Assembly (NCBI GenBank): GCA_963755125.1
Contig: CAVWIP010000008.1
Coordinates: forward strand, 256,001 to 320,000
Length of the DNA: 64,000 bases
Origin: an uncultured delta proteobacterium
GTDB lineage: Bacteria; Myxococcota_A; Polyangia; Fen-1088
Direction: 5' to 3'
The first letter of the stretch is position 1; each line of letters begins with the position of its first letter. Made by a program: the position numbers and the translations under genes. Below, piece by piece: positions 28,774 to 39,866 of this stretch. The notes below the pieces were generated by a model. That model saw only the letters and a list, made by a program, of their open reading frames with translations. It did not search any database and was not told the origin of the DNA.

Positions 28774-29409
28774 TCACTGGCAGAAGGGGGGGTTCTTGTC
28801 GGTGCAGGTGTCGGTCGAGGCAGGCGTGTTGGTGCAAGGCAGGTCGTTGGACTGATTGCAATTCGAGGGACAGCTCTGGCAACAGATAGCCTGGCCGCCA
28901 ATGAGGGAGCCGTCGCAAGCGTTGGTGACAATCCCGCCGCACTGATCGCAGGGGCCCGCAATGCAAGCCAAGCCGGCGTGGCAAAATCCGGACATTGCAC
29001 TGCCGCAATCCGCAGTCTGGTACTGGGTCTGCGTGCCACACTGCTGTTTGCGTGCGCTGGTATCGGCGCAGCCGGCGCAATCCACGGAGCTGTTGTTCTG
29101 CGACCCGTGCCCGGCGTGCGAACAGCGGCCGCAATAACGCCCGCAGGAATAGACCGTATCGTTGCCAGCCCCCGCCGAGTCATTGTGATCCGCCGAACCC
29201 TCATCCCCCGCCCAGTGCAGCAGCTCGTGCAGCATGATGTTGCACTGACCGTTGGCATCGAGGCTGTCCCACTGTGCTGGGTTGATATTCATCTCGGAGT
29301 TGCTAAACTACGGCGAGCCCCAACCCTGGGTCGTGGCGATGACTCCGCTGCAGCCGCCGCCGCAACCGATGTCGAGCGGCATCTTTGAGTCGCCGAGGGT
29401 TGCCGCCAT
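28774..29409 (-). pseudogene. Cys-rich HEXXH protein, 5'-truncated with an in-frame TAG
   Basis: MLHELLHWAG and many Cys. The frame continues upstream of ATG 29292 through TAG 29308-29310 to MAATLGDSKMPLDIGCGGGC. Confidence 0.55.
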
Positions 29410-29621
29410 GGAATCCACGGCGTTTCCTGACAGCCGTTCCTACGACACGATGCTTCCGGCGTCCGCGATGTGCGCCATGCGTTAATCCGGTCGCGCTGCG
29501 CTGACTGAATTCTTTAAGGTCTGCGGCCAGTTAAGTCCACACGACCGACAGCCGCCCGAAATGTTTTTAATCGTTATAAATAGTAGTCAAGATTACTCTC
29601 TATGAGACGATATACTAGAGT

Positions 29622-30278
29622 ATGAGACTGCGTCTTGCCCCGACTCTGGCCGCCGCGCTGCTGCTTGGCGCGGCACTGCCGGCCTGGGCCTGGGAAGACT
29701 ACGAGCAAGGCGAGAACGTTCCGATTGTCACGGTGCCCGCTGCGCCTCCCTCGCCCAATCGCCTGCCCATCTTTGGCCTGATGGCCGACGTGGGCGTACC
29801 GGATGGCCTGATCGGCTCGCTCGCGATCCGGCCGTTGACCTGGGTGCGCGTTTCAGCGGGAGGCGGGACCAACGGCATCAGCCGCGGCTGGCGCACCGGC
29901 ATCACCCTGCTGCCCTTTGCCGCCGGCCCATCGGCCAGTTTCGAATATGGCATCTATCAGAGCGGCGACGCCAACCCGCTGGCCGAGAAGGTCATCGGTG
30001 GCGGTTTCAATGGCAGCCCGCTGCTGGACCGGGTCGGCTACCAGTACATGAACGCGCACTTGGGCCTGGACTTCGGTTCGCGCCGGGTCGTCTTCTTCCT
30101 GCACGGAGGCGTCACCGTGGTCCGTGGCCAGGTCCACAACGTCGATGCCGCGATCCAGAACAGCACCGCGCAGAACAGCGACGCCACCGGCACAACCGAG
30201 GTGGTCGTGCGGCAGGATCCATCCGTCAAGGCGGTTGGCTCGTCGGTGAAACTGGGACTCATCGTCTACATCTGGTGA
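29622..30278 (+). CDS. Secreted putative outer-membrane beta-barrel protein
   Basis: Signal peptide (AWA), amphipathic beta-strands, terminal aromatic residue (LGLIVYIW). Confidence 0.6.
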   Translation: MRLRLAPTLAAALLLGAALPAWAWEDYEQGENVPIVTVPAAPPSPNRLPIFGLMADVGVPDGLIGSLAIRPLTWVRVSAGGGTNGISRGWRTGITLLPFAAGPSASFEYGIYQSGDANPLAEKVIGGGFNGSPLLDRVGYQYMNAHLGLDFGSRRVVFFLHGGVTVVRGQVHNVDAAIQNSTAQNSDATGTTEVVVRQDPSVKAVGSSVKLGLIVYIW

Positions 30279-30288
30279 GGCGCTGACA

Positions 30289-30822
30289 ATGACACTCCGA
30301 CTCTTTTCCATCGTCCCCGCGCTGGTCACCCTGACCGCTGCCTGCACGTTTTCCATCGAAGCCAAGGTGCCGGACGTCGAGGTCACCCAGCACGGGCTGA
30401 ACATGCAGGGCGTGCCGCAGGCCAACCTGATCGGTGACGTCTCGGTAACGAGTTCATTCACGCTCTCGTCGTCCAACACCGCGTGGGCCAAGCGCATGAA
30501 TTCCCAAGTCTTCGTCAACCAAGTGACGGTGCTTGCCGGCGACGGTCTGGCCAACCTCGACTTTGTCACCGCCGCTCGTTTGACCATGGCCGACCCCACC
30601 AGCTCGGAAGGAACCACCGAGATCGCCAGCTACGAGCGGAGCGCCGGCGCACCGTCCAGCTCGGTCATCGAAGCCAGCATGCCCACACCCATCGAGGTCA
30701 CGCGTATCTGGTCCGCCGACAACACGGTCATCGAACTGGACATGTCCGGACAACTGCCTGAGCAGGACTGGACCGTCGACGTGACCCTGAAGATGGCCGG
30801 CACGATCAGCTACAAGTTCTAG
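30289..30822 (+). CDS. Hypothetical lipoprotein
   Basis: Lipobox LTAAC; beta-rich sequence. Confidence 0.65.
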   Translation: MTLRLFSIVPALVTLTAACTFSIEAKVPDVEVTQHGLNMQGVPQANLIGDVSVTSSFTLSSSNTAWAKRMNSQVFVNQVTVLAGDGLANLDFVTAARLTMADPTSSEGTTEIASYERSAGAPSSSVIEASMPTPIEVTRIWSADNTVIELDMSGQLPEQDWTVDVTLKMAGTISYKF

Positions 30823-30931
30823 CGGCGACGACCACGGTTCATCTCTTTGCCGTCGGCGCATGGGGCTTGCGTGGCCGCGCCGGGCGATGCAGGCTGGTGC
30901 CCCTCGACAAAGGCTATCCACGGAGGCTCTC

Positions 30932-31801
30932 ATGATCGGCATCATCGGAGGCACGGGACTTGGCGACACGCTGGGTACCGTCGGCAACGCCCAGACGCAT
31001 GACATCGACACACCCTTTGGCCAGCCATCAGCTCCCATTCTCACGACCGAGGTGAGTGGCATTCCGGTGGCCCTGCTCTCCCGTCACGGCGAGGGCCATC
31101 TGCTGAATCCTTCCGCCGTGCCCTACCGGGCGAACATCTTCGCCCTGAAAAAACTGGGCGTGACCCGCATCATCGCCAGCGGCGCGGTGGGCAGCCTGCG
31201 CGAGGAGATTGCGCCGCGCGATCTGGTGCTGCCCGACCAGACCATCGACCGCACTTACCGCCGGCTGGGCACCTTCTTCGAGGGACTGGCCGTGCATGTG
31301 GAGATGGCCGCGCCCTTCTGTCCCGCCTTGCGCTCGGCGCTCACCAGCGCGGCGGCCGCGGTGCCGGTCAAGGTCCACCTGCGCGGCACCTACGTGTGCA
31401 TGGAGGGCCCGCAGTTCTCCTCGCGCGCGGAAAGTGAGATGCACCGGAAGTGGGGCGGCGATCTCATCGGCATGACCCTCATGCCGGAGGCGAAGCTGGC
31501 TCGCGAGGCCGAGATCTGCTACGCCGCGGTGGCGCTGTCTACCGACTATGACTGCTGGCGCGCGCACCGGACCGACGTGGATCAGATTCACCTGCTGGAG
31601 GAGATCATCGCCAACGTCCAGTCCGCCACCCAGAATGCCTTGGCCCTGATCAGCGCAGGGTTGCCTGCCATCGCGTCCCTGCCCAACAACGCGTGTGCTT
31701 GCCAGCAGGCTCTGAAGCTGGCTATCTGGAGCGACCGGCGCAGGATCCCGCGTGAGGTGCGCGATCGCTTGGCGCCGCTCACCGCGAAGTATCTGGACTA
31801 G
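30932..31801 (+). CDS. mtnP: S-methyl-5'-thioadenosine phosphorylase
   Basis: [54 protein letters not shown]. Confidence 0.95.
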   Translation: MIGIIGGTGLGDTLGTVGNAQTHDIDTPFGQPSAPILTTEVSGIPVALLSRHGEGHLLNPSAVPYRANIFALKKLGVTRIIASGAVGSLREEIAPRDLVLPDQTIDRTYRRLGTFFEGLAVHVEMAAPFCPALRSALTSAAAAVPVKVHLRGTYVCMEGPQFSSRAESEMHRKWGGDLIGMTLMPEAKLAREAEICYAAVALSTDYDCWRAHRTDVDQIHLLEEIIANVQSATQNALALISAGLPAIASLPNNACACQQALKLAIWSDRRRIPREVRDRLAPLTAKYLD

Positions 31802-31803
31802 AG

Positions 31804-32904
31804 ATGAACGTCGCCGGGGTTCCCTATCGCACAATCCGTCTGCACGCCGACGGCTGCTCGGTCGAGGTCATCGACCAGACCGTGCTGCCACACGAGTTTC
31901 GCCTTGTGCGACTGCAAGGGCTGCAAGACGCGGTGAGAGCCATTGCCGACATGGTGGTGCGGGGCGCGCCTCTCATCGGCGCCACAGCGGCGTACGGCAT
32001 GGCCCTGGCTTTGCGGCAGGACGCCAGCGACGCGGGCTTGGCGCGCGCGCACGCGGAGCTTCTGGCCACGCGGCCCACAGCGGTCAACCTGCGCTGGGCT
32101 CTCGATGAAATCCGCGCTGCCACGGCCAGGTTGCCGCCCGCAGACCGCGCCGGCGCCGCCTTCCGTCGCGCGGCCCAGATCTGCGACGAGGACGTGGCCC
32201 TGTGTTCGGCCATCGGTGAGCACGGCAAGCGCATCATCGAAGCGATTGCCAAGCGCAAGGGATCGGCTCCGGTGAACGTGCTCACCCACTGCAACGCCGG
32301 CTGGCTGGCCACGGTGGACTGGGGCACGGCCCTGGCGCCGGTGTACAAGGCGCATGATGCCGGGATCCCGGTGCACGTGTGGGCGGAAGAAACGCGGCCG
32401 CGCAACCAGGGCGCTTCGCTGACCGCCTGGGAACTGGGCCAGCACGGCGTGCCCCACCATGTAATTGTGGACAACGCCGGCGGCCACCTCATGCAACACG
32501 GCGCCGTCGACGTTTGCTTCGTGGGCACGGATCGAACCACGGCCACGGGCGACGTGTGCAACAAGATCGGCACATATCTCAAAGCGCTGGCCGCGCGTGA
32601 TTGCCAGGTGCCGTTCTACGTTTGCCTGCCCAGTCCCAGCATCGACTGGACCATCCGCGACGGCGTGGCCGAGATCCCCATCGAAGAACGCGGCGCCGAC
32701 GAGGTGCGCCTGGTGCGCGGGCTGGGCCCCGACGGAAAAACCACGTCGGTGCTGGTGACGCCGCAAAACAGTCCAGTGGCCAACCCCGGCTTCGACGTCA
32801 CGCCCGCGCGCCTGGTGACCGGCCTGGTCACCGAGCGTGGCGTGTGCGCAGCCAGCGCCGATGGTCTGGCGCAACTCTTCCCCGAGCGATCTGGCCGTCG
32901 GTAA
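31804..32904 (+). CDS. mtnA: Methylthioribose-1-phosphate isomerase
   Basis: IDQ..LP, M.VRGAP.IG, RPTAVNL, LTHCNAG.LAT, ETRP..QG, NKIGTY, NP.FDVTP. Confidence 0.96.
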   Translation: MNVAGVPYRTIRLHADGCSVEVIDQTVLPHEFRLVRLQGLQDAVRAIADMVVRGAPLIGATAAYGMALALRQDASDAGLARAHAELLATRPTAVNLRWALDEIRAATARLPPADRAGAAFRRAAQICDEDVALCSAIGEHGKRIIEAIAKRKGSAPVNVLTHCNAGWLATVDWGTALAPVYKAHDAGIPVHVWAEETRPRNQGASLTAWELGQHGVPHHVIVDNAGGHLMQHGAVDVCFVGTDRTTATGDVCNKIGTYLKALAARDCQVPFYVCLPSPSIDWTIRDGVAEIPIEERGADEVRLVRGLGPDGKTTSVLVTPQNSPVANPGFDVTPARLVTGLVTERGVCAASADGLAQLFPERSGRR

Positions 32905-32954
32905 CCCCTTTCGGCGTGACCGGGCTCCGCATCTGGCTATAGACTGCCGGAGCC

Positions 32955-34280
32955 ATGGCAAGGATAGCTCCCTTTCGCGCGCTCCGTTTTGACCAGGGAC
33001 GGTTTGCCGACCTCGCGCCGCTTCTAGCCCCACCCTACGACGTGATCGGCGAGGCGCAACGTGCGCAGCTTGAAGCCAGCCACCCGCGCAACATCGTGCA
33101 CCTGGATCTGCCGCGCGGCGAGGGTGATGCTCGCTACGAAAATGCGCGCGCGCAGCTCGACAAGTGGCTGGCCGAGGGAACTTTGCGCCAGGATGCGCGG
33201 CCAGCCCTATATCGCTACGAACAGCAATTCACCTTCGCGGGCGCGGCCGGCCCGCACAAATACACGCGCAAGGGATTCATCTCGCTCATCGAGCTTTCGC
33301 CGTTCTCCGCACGCATCGTGCTGCCCCACGAGCACACCCTTTCGGGCCCCAAGGTCGATCGCTTCAAGCTGATTCGCGCCACACGCGCGCACTTTTCCCA
33401 GGTGTTTTCCTTGTATCGCGACCCGGACGGCACCATCGAAACGGCGCTTGACGGTGCTTGCGTCGCGGCGCCTGAGGTCGACGCGACCACGCCCGACGGT
33501 TGCCGCCATCGTCTGTGGGTGGTGACCGACGAGGCGACGATTGCCACGGTGGCGCGCGGACTGGCTCCTCGCAGTGTCATGATCGCCGACGGCCATCACC
33601 GCTATGAAACCATGGTCGCCATCCGCGACGACATGCGGCCCGCGGGTGTCCCGCTCGGTCGCTCGCTAGCCGATTGGGGCGTGATGTTCTTTGCCCGCGC
33701 CGAGGATCCGGGCTTGCTGGTCCTGCCCACCCACCGCATGGTGCACGGCCTGTCCGCTGAAGCGCTCGACACCCTGGCCGAGCGCAGCCGCCCCTGGTTC
33801 GAGGTCCTGTCAGGCAGCGAGGAAAACCCGGCCGCCATCGAGGCCCGCCTGCTCCGCGAGGGCGAGAAGACCGTGATCTTTGCTCTGCGTCGACCTGGCG
33901 CGCGCGGGACCACCTGGCTCAAGCTGCGGGCCGACGCGGATCTTGCGCGTCTGGGCCCGCCCACTCTCGCTCGCCTCGACGTCAGCGTGTTGCACGGCCT
34001 GGTGCTGGATCCGCTGCTCGGCATCGGGGCCGAGGCCATGGCCCGCCAGTCGAACCTGACCTACAGCCACGATCTGCGCGAAACCCTGGGGAAGGTGGCC
34101 GCCTCCGATGTGCAGGCGGCTTTCCTGATGAACGCGACCAAGGTGTCCCAGGTTCTGGATGCATGTGAGGCGGGCTTCGTGCTGCCGCAGAAATCGACCT
34201 ACTTCCAACCCAAGCTGGCCACCGGCCTGGTGATGGCGCGCATCGATCCCGGCGAGGAGCCGGTGCTGCCCAACGTATGA
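32955..34280 (+). CDS. DUF1015 family protein
   Basis: PF.ALR, APPYDVI, PHE.T, IADGHHRYET, PTHR, PQKSTYF.PKL..GL. Confidence 0.9.
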   Translation: MARIAPFRALRFDQGRFADLAPLLAPPYDVIGEAQRAQLEASHPRNIVHLDLPRGEGDARYENARAQLDKWLAEGTLRQDARPALYRYEQQFTFAGAAGPHKYTRKGFISLIELSPFSARIVLPHEHTLSGPKVDRFKLIRATRAHFSQVFSLYRDPDGTIETALDGACVAAPEVDATTPDGCRHRLWVVTDEATIATVARGLAPRSVMIADGHHRYETMVAIRDDMRPAGVPLGRSLADWGVMFFARAEDPGLLVLPTHRMVHGLSAEALDTLAERSRPWFEVLSGSEENPAAIEARLLREGEKTVIFALRRPGARGTTWLKLRADADLARLGPPTLARLDVSVLHGLVLDPLLGIGAEAMARQSNLTYSHDLRETLGKVAASDVQAAFLMNATKVSQVLDACEAGFVLPQKSTYFQPKLATGLVMARIDPGEEPVLPNV

Positions 34281-35032
34281 CCGACGCCGACCACGCGCGC
34301 GGGCCGGAGCCGGATGACGTCACTCACGACACGCTCCTGCGCGGCCGGGTCAAGCTGATCCAGCCAGCGCGCGGTTTTCGATCCAGTCTGGATCCGGTGC
34401 TGCTCGCGGGTTTCATCCAGGCGCCCTACGGCCATTTCCTGGACATCGGGTGCGGCACCGGCGCCCTGTCCTTCTTGTTGCTTGCACGCGACTCGGCGGC
34501 AACTGGCCTCGGCGTGGAGATCCAGTCGCGGCTGGCAGGACTGGCCGCGCGATCCGTGCGGGCCAATGGTTTCGGCGCGCGCTTCGCCGTCGTGGCGGCT
34601 GACGTGCGCGAAGCCGAGCGCGTGCCACGCGCGGCGTTCGATCTGGTGGCGAGCAATCCGCCGTTTCGGCCCCTGGGCAAAGGCGTACTGCCACCGCATG
34701 CAGAGCGCTCGCTGGCGCATCACGAGGTCGCACTGACTTTGGCCGAGTGGCTGGAAGGTGCCCAGGCAGCCTTGCGGCCCGAGGGCCGGCTGGCCGCGAT
34801 TTACCCTGCCGATCGCTTCGACGAAATGCGCGCGGCACTCGCCACACGCGGGCTGACCATGGCCCGACTGCGCATGGTGCAGGCGCGGGCGGGAGCGCAG
34901 GCCAGCCGTTTCTGCTTCGAAGCACGACGGTCGGCACTGGTCGCCGAGACAAGGACCGAAGCGCCGCTGGTCGTGCATGAAGATGGAAAGTACTCAGCGG
35001 AGGTGCGCGCCATGCTGGGAGAAGAGTCGTGA
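34277..35032 (+). CDS. tRNA1(Val) m6A37-type SAM-dependent methyltransferase
   Basis: Q...GFR...D.VLL, LDIGCGTG, VEIQ, SNPPF, AHHE. Confidence 0.8.
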   Translation: MTDADHARGPEPDDVTHDTLLRGRVKLIQPARGFRSSLDPVLLAGFIQAPYGHFLDIGCGTGALSFLLLARDSAATGLGVEIQSRLAGLAARSVRANGFGARFAVVAADVREAERVPRAAFDLVASNPPFRPLGKGVLPPHAERSLAHHEVALTLAEWLEGAQAALRPEGRLAAIYPADRFDEMRAALATRGLTMARLRMVQARAGAQASRFCFEARRSALVAETRTEAPLVVHEDGKYSAEVRAMLGEES

Positions 35033-35487
35033 AATATCGAGTGGCGCACGTTCTGGCTATCTGGTTCGGCTGTGGCCGCGTGCCCAAGGCACCAGGAACC
35101 GCAGGCACGCTCGGCGCAATTCCCCTCTATCTTCTGCTCGTCCACCACGGCGGCACGCTGGCCGTCGCGGCCGCAGCCGCCGTGATCACGGCGGTGGGCG
35201 TGTGGGCGTCGAATCAGGTGGTGCGCAAGCTCGGGATCAAGGATCCGCAGATCGTGTGCATCGACGAGGTGGCCGGCGTGCTCATCACTTTGCTCGCAGC
35301 GCCCGCGGGTTGGATCGGCCTGGCGGCCGGCGTGGTTCTGTTCCGCCTGTTCGACCAATGGAAACCCTGGCCCGCGAACGCCGCCGAGCGCCTGCCCGAA
35401 GGCTGGGGCGTGATGATGGATGACGTGGCCGCCGGCGCGTGGGGCGCGGTGTTCCTGCTCGGCGCGCGTGTCGCCGGCTGGCTGTAG
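35029..35487 (+). CDS. pgpA: Phosphatidylglycerophosphatase A
   Basis: PKAPGT.GT, DP..V.IDEVAG, FRLFD..KP.P, GVMMDDVAAG. Confidence 0.93.
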   Translation: MKYRVAHVLAIWFGCGRVPKAPGTAGTLGAIPLYLLLVHHGGTLAVAAAAAVITAVGVWASNQVVRKLGIKDPQIVCIDEVAGVLITLLAAPAGWIGLAAGVVLFRLFDQWKPWPANAAERLPEGWGVMMDDVAAGAWGAVFLLGARVAGWL

Positions 35488-35489
35488 AA

Positions 35490-36341
35490 TCACTCTGGCG
35501 TATCGACGCCAGGCGCACGCTTGGCTGCCTGCCAGAGTTGCTCCAGTTCCTCGGGCGTGGCCGAGCCGACAGTGCGGCCTTCGGCTTCAAGCGCTTGTTC
35601 CATGTGGCCAAAGCGACGCGCGAATCGGTCGGTGGCTTCGCGCAGGGCATTCTCGGCGTCCAGCCCCAGCTTGCGCGCCAGATTGGTCAAGGCAAACAAG
35701 GTGTCGCCCAGCTCGTGCATCATCTGGTCGCGATCGCCCGCCTGGCAGGCGTGATCCATCTCGGCCAGTTCCTCGTTGACCTTGTCGCGCACGCCGGCCG
35801 CGTCCGGCCAGTCAAAGCCCACCGCGCCTGCCTTCTCGCCAGCGCGCGTGGCGCGCACCAGGGCCGGGGCGCTGCGCGGGATTCCGTCGAGCGCACCCTT
35901 GCGCCCCTTCTTCGCCTTCTCGACCGCCTTCAGCTTGGCCCAGTTGGCCAGCACAGCCGCCGAGGTCTTGGCCTGCGCTTCGCCGAACACGTGCGGATGG
36001 CGGCGCACCAGCTTGGCCACGATCCCGCGCACCACATCGTCCATCCCGAAGGCGCCCTCGGCGTGGCGCAGCTCGGCCTGGAAAACAATCTGCAGCAGCA
36101 GGTCGCCCAGTTCCTCGGCGTGGTTGCGCACGTCGCCCGCGTGCAGGGCGTCCACCACCTCGTAGGTTTCCTCGACCAGATAGGGCAGCAGCGATTCCAG
36201 GGTTTGCTCGCGATCCCACGGACAGCCGGTGGGCGCGAGCAACCGCTGCATCAGGCCGACCAGCTCGGGCAGGTTGCGGCCCGTCTGCTTGCCGGGCAGC
36301 GGGCTGAGGTCGAGCTGGGGCGGCGGCGTTTCCTGGCTCAC
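35490..36341 (-). CDS. mazG: Nucleoside triphosphate pyrophosphohydrolase
   Basis: GCPWDREQT, EETYE, EELGDLLLQ, RRHPHVF, GFDW, ELGD.LF. Confidence 0.95.
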   Translation of the reverse strand: MSQETPPPQLDLSPLPGKQTGRNLPELVGLMQRLLAPTGCPWDREQTLESLLPYLVEETYEVVDALHAGDVRNHAEELGDLLLQIVFQAELRHAEGAFGMDDVVRGIVAKLVRRHPHVFGEAQAKTSAAVLANWAKLKAVEKAKKGRKGALDGIPRSAPALVRATRAGEKAGAVGFDWPDAAGVRDKVNEELAEMDHACQAGDRDQMMHELGDTLFALTNLARKLGLDAENALREATDRFARRFGHMEQALEAEGRTVGSATPEELEQLWQAAKRAPGVDTPE

Positions 36342-36608
36342 GGGGTTGCGAAAACCTAGCCTGGAATGTGCCCGGACGATAGGAAGAACGAGCCCGATCT
36401 TCTTCCTGTGGCAGCGAGCTCCCTTTTGGCCCGAGAATCGGACGCGCAGCCAGCGGGTTGCCTATCGCCGAACTCTACTTACGCGCCTTTCCGGAGCCCG
36501 TCCCGGCGCTCGACCCCGTCATCGCCCCCGGTCCCCGACCCCGAATCCGACCACGCCACTGCACGCTGGTCGCCGCGTGGGTTCCGTGGTAAAGGAGATC
36601 AGGTTCGA

Positions 36609-37637
36609 TTGAGTCAGCGGCCAAGCGATCCCCTGCGCGAAAACACGGATGTCGAATCGGACCGGGTGGTCCTCGACGACAACCGCGTCGCGCTTTCCTT
36701 GTTCGGCGAGAAGAACTCCAACCTCAAGCGCATTGAGCTGGAGACCGGCGCCAGGCTTCACTCGCGCGGAAACGAGCTGACTTTCCTGGGCCCGACCGAT
36801 GCCATCGCCCAGGCGCGACGACTGGTGGAACAGCTTTACCGCATGGTGCGCGGCGGCCGCGCGGTGGGGCCCGAGGACGTCACACGCGCGGCGCACGTGC
36901 TGCGTGGCGATGCCAACGCCAACCTGCAGGAAGTTTTTTCCGACACCATCCTGGTGGGCAGCCGCGCCCGGCCCATCGCGCCCAAGGGACTGGCCCAGAA
37001 ACGCTACGTCGACGCCATCCGCGAACGCGACATCGTGTTCGGCATCGGGCCTGCAGGCACCGGCAAGACCTATCTCGCGATGGCGCTGGCCTTGCGCCAG
37101 CTCATGGAAAAACGGGTCAAGCGCATCGTGCTGACCCGGCCGGCCCTCGAGGCAGGCGAGCGCCTTGGCTTCTTGCCCGGCAGCATGGAGGAGAAGGTCT
37201 CGCCCTACCTGCGGCCGCTCTACGATGCCTTGCACGACATGATGGACTTCGACCGCGCCCACCAACTGGTCGAGCGCGGGATGATCGAGATCGCGCCCAT
37301 CGCGTTCATGCGCGGCCGCACGCTCAACGATTCCTTCGTCATCCTCGACGAAGCGCAGAACACCACCGGCGAGCAGATGAAGATGTTCCTCACCCGGCTG
37401 GGCTACGAGTCCAAGGCGGTCATCACCGGGGATGTGACCCAGATCGATCTGCCCGACCACCGGCGCTCCGGCTTGACCGAGGCCGAATCGCTCCTGCGCG
37501 GCATCGACGGCATCGCCTTTTGCACCTTCACCGAGGTGGACGTGGTCCGCCACCCGTTGGTGGCCGCAATCATCCGCGCCTACGACCGCAAGGCGCAGAA
37601 CAACGGCACCGGCCGCCCGCCCGGCAGTGAGGGCTGA
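36609..37637 (+). CDS. phoH: PhoH family ATPase
   Basis: [51 protein letters not shown] start follows RBS AAGGAG. Confidence 0.93.
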   Translation: MSQRPSDPLRENTDVESDRVVLDDNRVALSLFGEKNSNLKRIELETGARLHSRGNELTFLGPTDAIAQARRLVEQLYRMVRGGRAVGPEDVTRAAHVLRGDANANLQEVFSDTILVGSRARPIAPKGLAQKRYVDAIRERDIVFGIGPAGTGKTYLAMALALRQLMEKRVKRIVLTRPALEAGERLGFLPGSMEEKVSPYLRPLYDALHDMMDFDRAHQLVERGMIEIAPIAFMRGRTLNDSFVILDEAQNTTGEQMKMFLTRLGYESKAVITGDVTQIDLPDHRRSGLTEAESLLRGIDGIAFCTFTEVDVVRHPLVAAIIRAYDRKAQNNGTGRPPGSEG

Positions 37638-37663
37638 CGCCGTGTCGGGGAGAATGACGGGTC

Positions 37664-39364
37664 GTGGGACCGAACCAACCCGTGTCTGAAGCGCCGGGCC
37701 CGGTCGAGCGATCGCGCTACGAGCGCGACGAGTTGCTCGCCATCTCGCGCGCCCTGTCTTCCGAACATGATATCCGCAAGCTGCTCGACCTGATCCTGGA
37801 CAAGAGCCGGCGCATGACCGGGGCCGATGCGGGTAGCGTGTACGTGCTGGAGGCGGCCGACGTGGACGGCGACGGCCAGCCCGACGGCCGAGCCTTTGGC
37901 GATCCGGCGCGGCGACCGCGAGCGCTGGGCGAGGCCGGCCGGCGGCACGCGCCGACTCCGGTTCGCGGGGTACAGAGCCGCCCAGCCCGGCTGCACTTCA
38001 TGCTGTCGCAGAACGATTCCATCCCGGTGGACTTCAAGGAGTTCACGCTGCCCGTCGACAACACCTCGCTCGCGGGTCGGGCCGTGCTGGAGGGCCGGCC
38101 CATCAACGTGCCCGATGTCGAGCAGGCCAAGGTGGCGACCGGGGGCGCCGCGCACAACCGCAGCTTCGACGACAAGATCGGCTACCGTGCGCGTTCGATG
38201 TTGACCGTGCCCATGCTGTCTACCGAGGGCGAGGTCATCGGCATCATCCAGCTCATCAATAAGAAGCGGAAACCGAGCCAGGTTCTGTCCACGCCGGCGG
38301 ATTTCGAGGAAGGCGTGGTTCCCTTCGACGAGCGCGCCGAGGAGATGGCGCTGGCGCTGGCGTCGCAGGCGGGCGTGTCGCTGGAGAACGCGATCCTGTA
38401 CGACGAGATCCGGCGCCTGTTCGAGAGCTTCGTCGACGCCTCGGTCACCGCCATCGAGTCCCGCGATCCGACCACCTCGGGTCATTCGCGCCGCGTGGCC
38501 ACCTTGAGCGTGGCCATGGCGGAGACGGTGGACGCGGTCAGCGACGGCCCCCTCGCTGCCGTGCGCTTTTCACGCGAAGATCTGCGCCAGATCGAATACG
38601 CGGGCGTGTTGCACGACTTCGGCAAGGTCGGCGTGCGCGAGCAGGTGCTGGTCAAGGCCAAGAAGCTCTACGACTGGCAGCTCGATGCCATCCGCCTGCG
38701 CTTCGCCTATGTGCGCAAGTCCATCGAGGCCGAGTCGCTGCGCAAGCAACTGGATCACATTCGGCGGGGCGACTCGGCCGCGGCATTGGCCGCCATCGAG
38801 CGTGAACAGGCCGAGGGTCTGGCTGCCCTGGACGAGTGCTGGCACCTGGTGCTGACGGCCAACGAGCCGACCCTGCTGGACCAGCCGGTGATGGCTCGTC
38901 TGGCAGAGGTGGCGGCGTGGAAGTACGTCGACGAGGCCGGCCAAGCGAGGCCGTATCTTCTGCCCGACGAGGTGGCGGCCCTGCAGGTACTGCGTGGCAG
39001 TCTGACGCCGGCCGAACGCCAGCAGATCGAGAGCCACGTCAACCACACGGTGGCCTTCCTGCGGACCATTCCCTGGGGCCGCTCGCTGCGCAAGGTGCCG
39101 CAGATCGCCGCCGCCCACCACGAGTTGCTCAACGGCGCGGGCTACCCAGCTGGCCTGCACGGCGCGGAGATTCCCATCGAGGCGCGCATGCTGACCATCG
39201 CCGACATCTTCGATGCGCTGACCGCGGCCGACCGGCCCTACAAGGCCGCCGTCCCGGTGCACCGTGCGCTGGGCATCCTGGAGGGAGAGGTCAAGGCGGG
39301 CAAGTGCGACGCCGATCTGTTTGGCATGTTCGTGAGCGCCGAAATCTATAAGCGCGTACTTTGA
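37664..39364 (+). CDS. GAF + HD-GYP cyclic-dinucleotide phosphodiesterase
   Basis: GAF (SMLTVPM...IG.IQLINK), RDPTTSGHSRRV, LHDFGK, HHE.LNG.GYP, IADIFDALT..DRPYK. Confidence 0.9.
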   Translation: MGPNQPVSEAPGPVERSRYERDELLAISRALSSEHDIRKLLDLILDKSRRMTGADAGSVYVLEAADVDGDGQPDGRAFGDPARRPRALGEAGRRHAPTPVRGVQSRPARLHFMLSQNDSIPVDFKEFTLPVDNTSLAGRAVLEGRPINVPDVEQAKVATGGAAHNRSFDDKIGYRARSMLTVPMLSTEGEVIGIIQLINKKRKPSQVLSTPADFEEGVVPFDERAEEMALALASQAGVSLENAILYDEIRRLFESFVDASVTAIESRDPTTSGHSRRVATLSVAMAETVDAVSDGPLAAVRFSREDLRQIEYAGVLHDFGKVGVREQVLVKAKKLYDWQLDAIRLRFAYVRKSIEAESLRKQLDHIRRGDSAAALAAIEREQAEGLAALDECWHLVLTANEPTLLDQPVMARLAEVAAWKYVDEAGQARPYLLPDEVAALQVLRGSLTPAERQQIESHVNHTVAFLRTIPWGRSLRKVPQIAAAHHELLNGAGYPAGLHGAEIPIEARMLTIADIFDALTAADRPYKAAVPVHRALGILEGEVKAGKCDADLFGMFVSAEIYKRVL

Positions 39365-39407
39365 TCGGGATTGGTGAAGGGCGCGCGAATCGTCTAACAT
39401 CGCAGTC

Positions 39408-39866
39408 GTGCCCATCGATGTCGTGGTTCGCAGCGACGCCCGCCGCCTGGTCGGCGTGCCCGCCTGCCGCAGGGTCGCGAATCGACTGCGCGTGGCCTTG
39501 CGCCGGCTCGGGCGCTCACGCTCGTCGGCTACTCTGTTGTTCACCGGCGATGACGAGATCCGTGCGCTCAATCGCGAGTTCCGCGGCCTCGATCGCGCCA
39601 CCGACGTGTTGAGTTTCCACATGCAGGAGCTCGCAGGCGAAACCGATCCGGCGGGCGATGGGGTCTTTCTCGGCGACATCGCGATCTCGGTGCAAGCCGC
39701 TCGCCGCTGCGCGGGCCGCGCCCGCCTGGACCGCGAACTCGAGCGCCTCGCCGTGCACGGGCTTTGCCACCTATTTGGCCACGACCACCACCGCCCCGGC
39801 CAGTCCCGTCGCATGCGCGCGCTGGAGAAGCATCTCCTGGCTGCTACTTGCCAGCGTCGGGCCTAG
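39408..39866 (+). CDS. ybeY: rRNA maturation endoribonuclease
   Basis: LNREFRG.D..TDVLSF, LGDI.IS, HGLCHLFGHDH. Confidence 0.93.
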   Translation: MPIDVVVRSDARRLVGVPACRRVANRLRVALRRLGRSRSSATLLFTGDDEIRALNREFRGLDRATDVLSFHMQELAGETDPAGDGVFLGDIAISVQAARRCAGRARLDRELERLAVHGLCHLFGHDHHRPGQSRRMRALEKHLLAATCQRRA

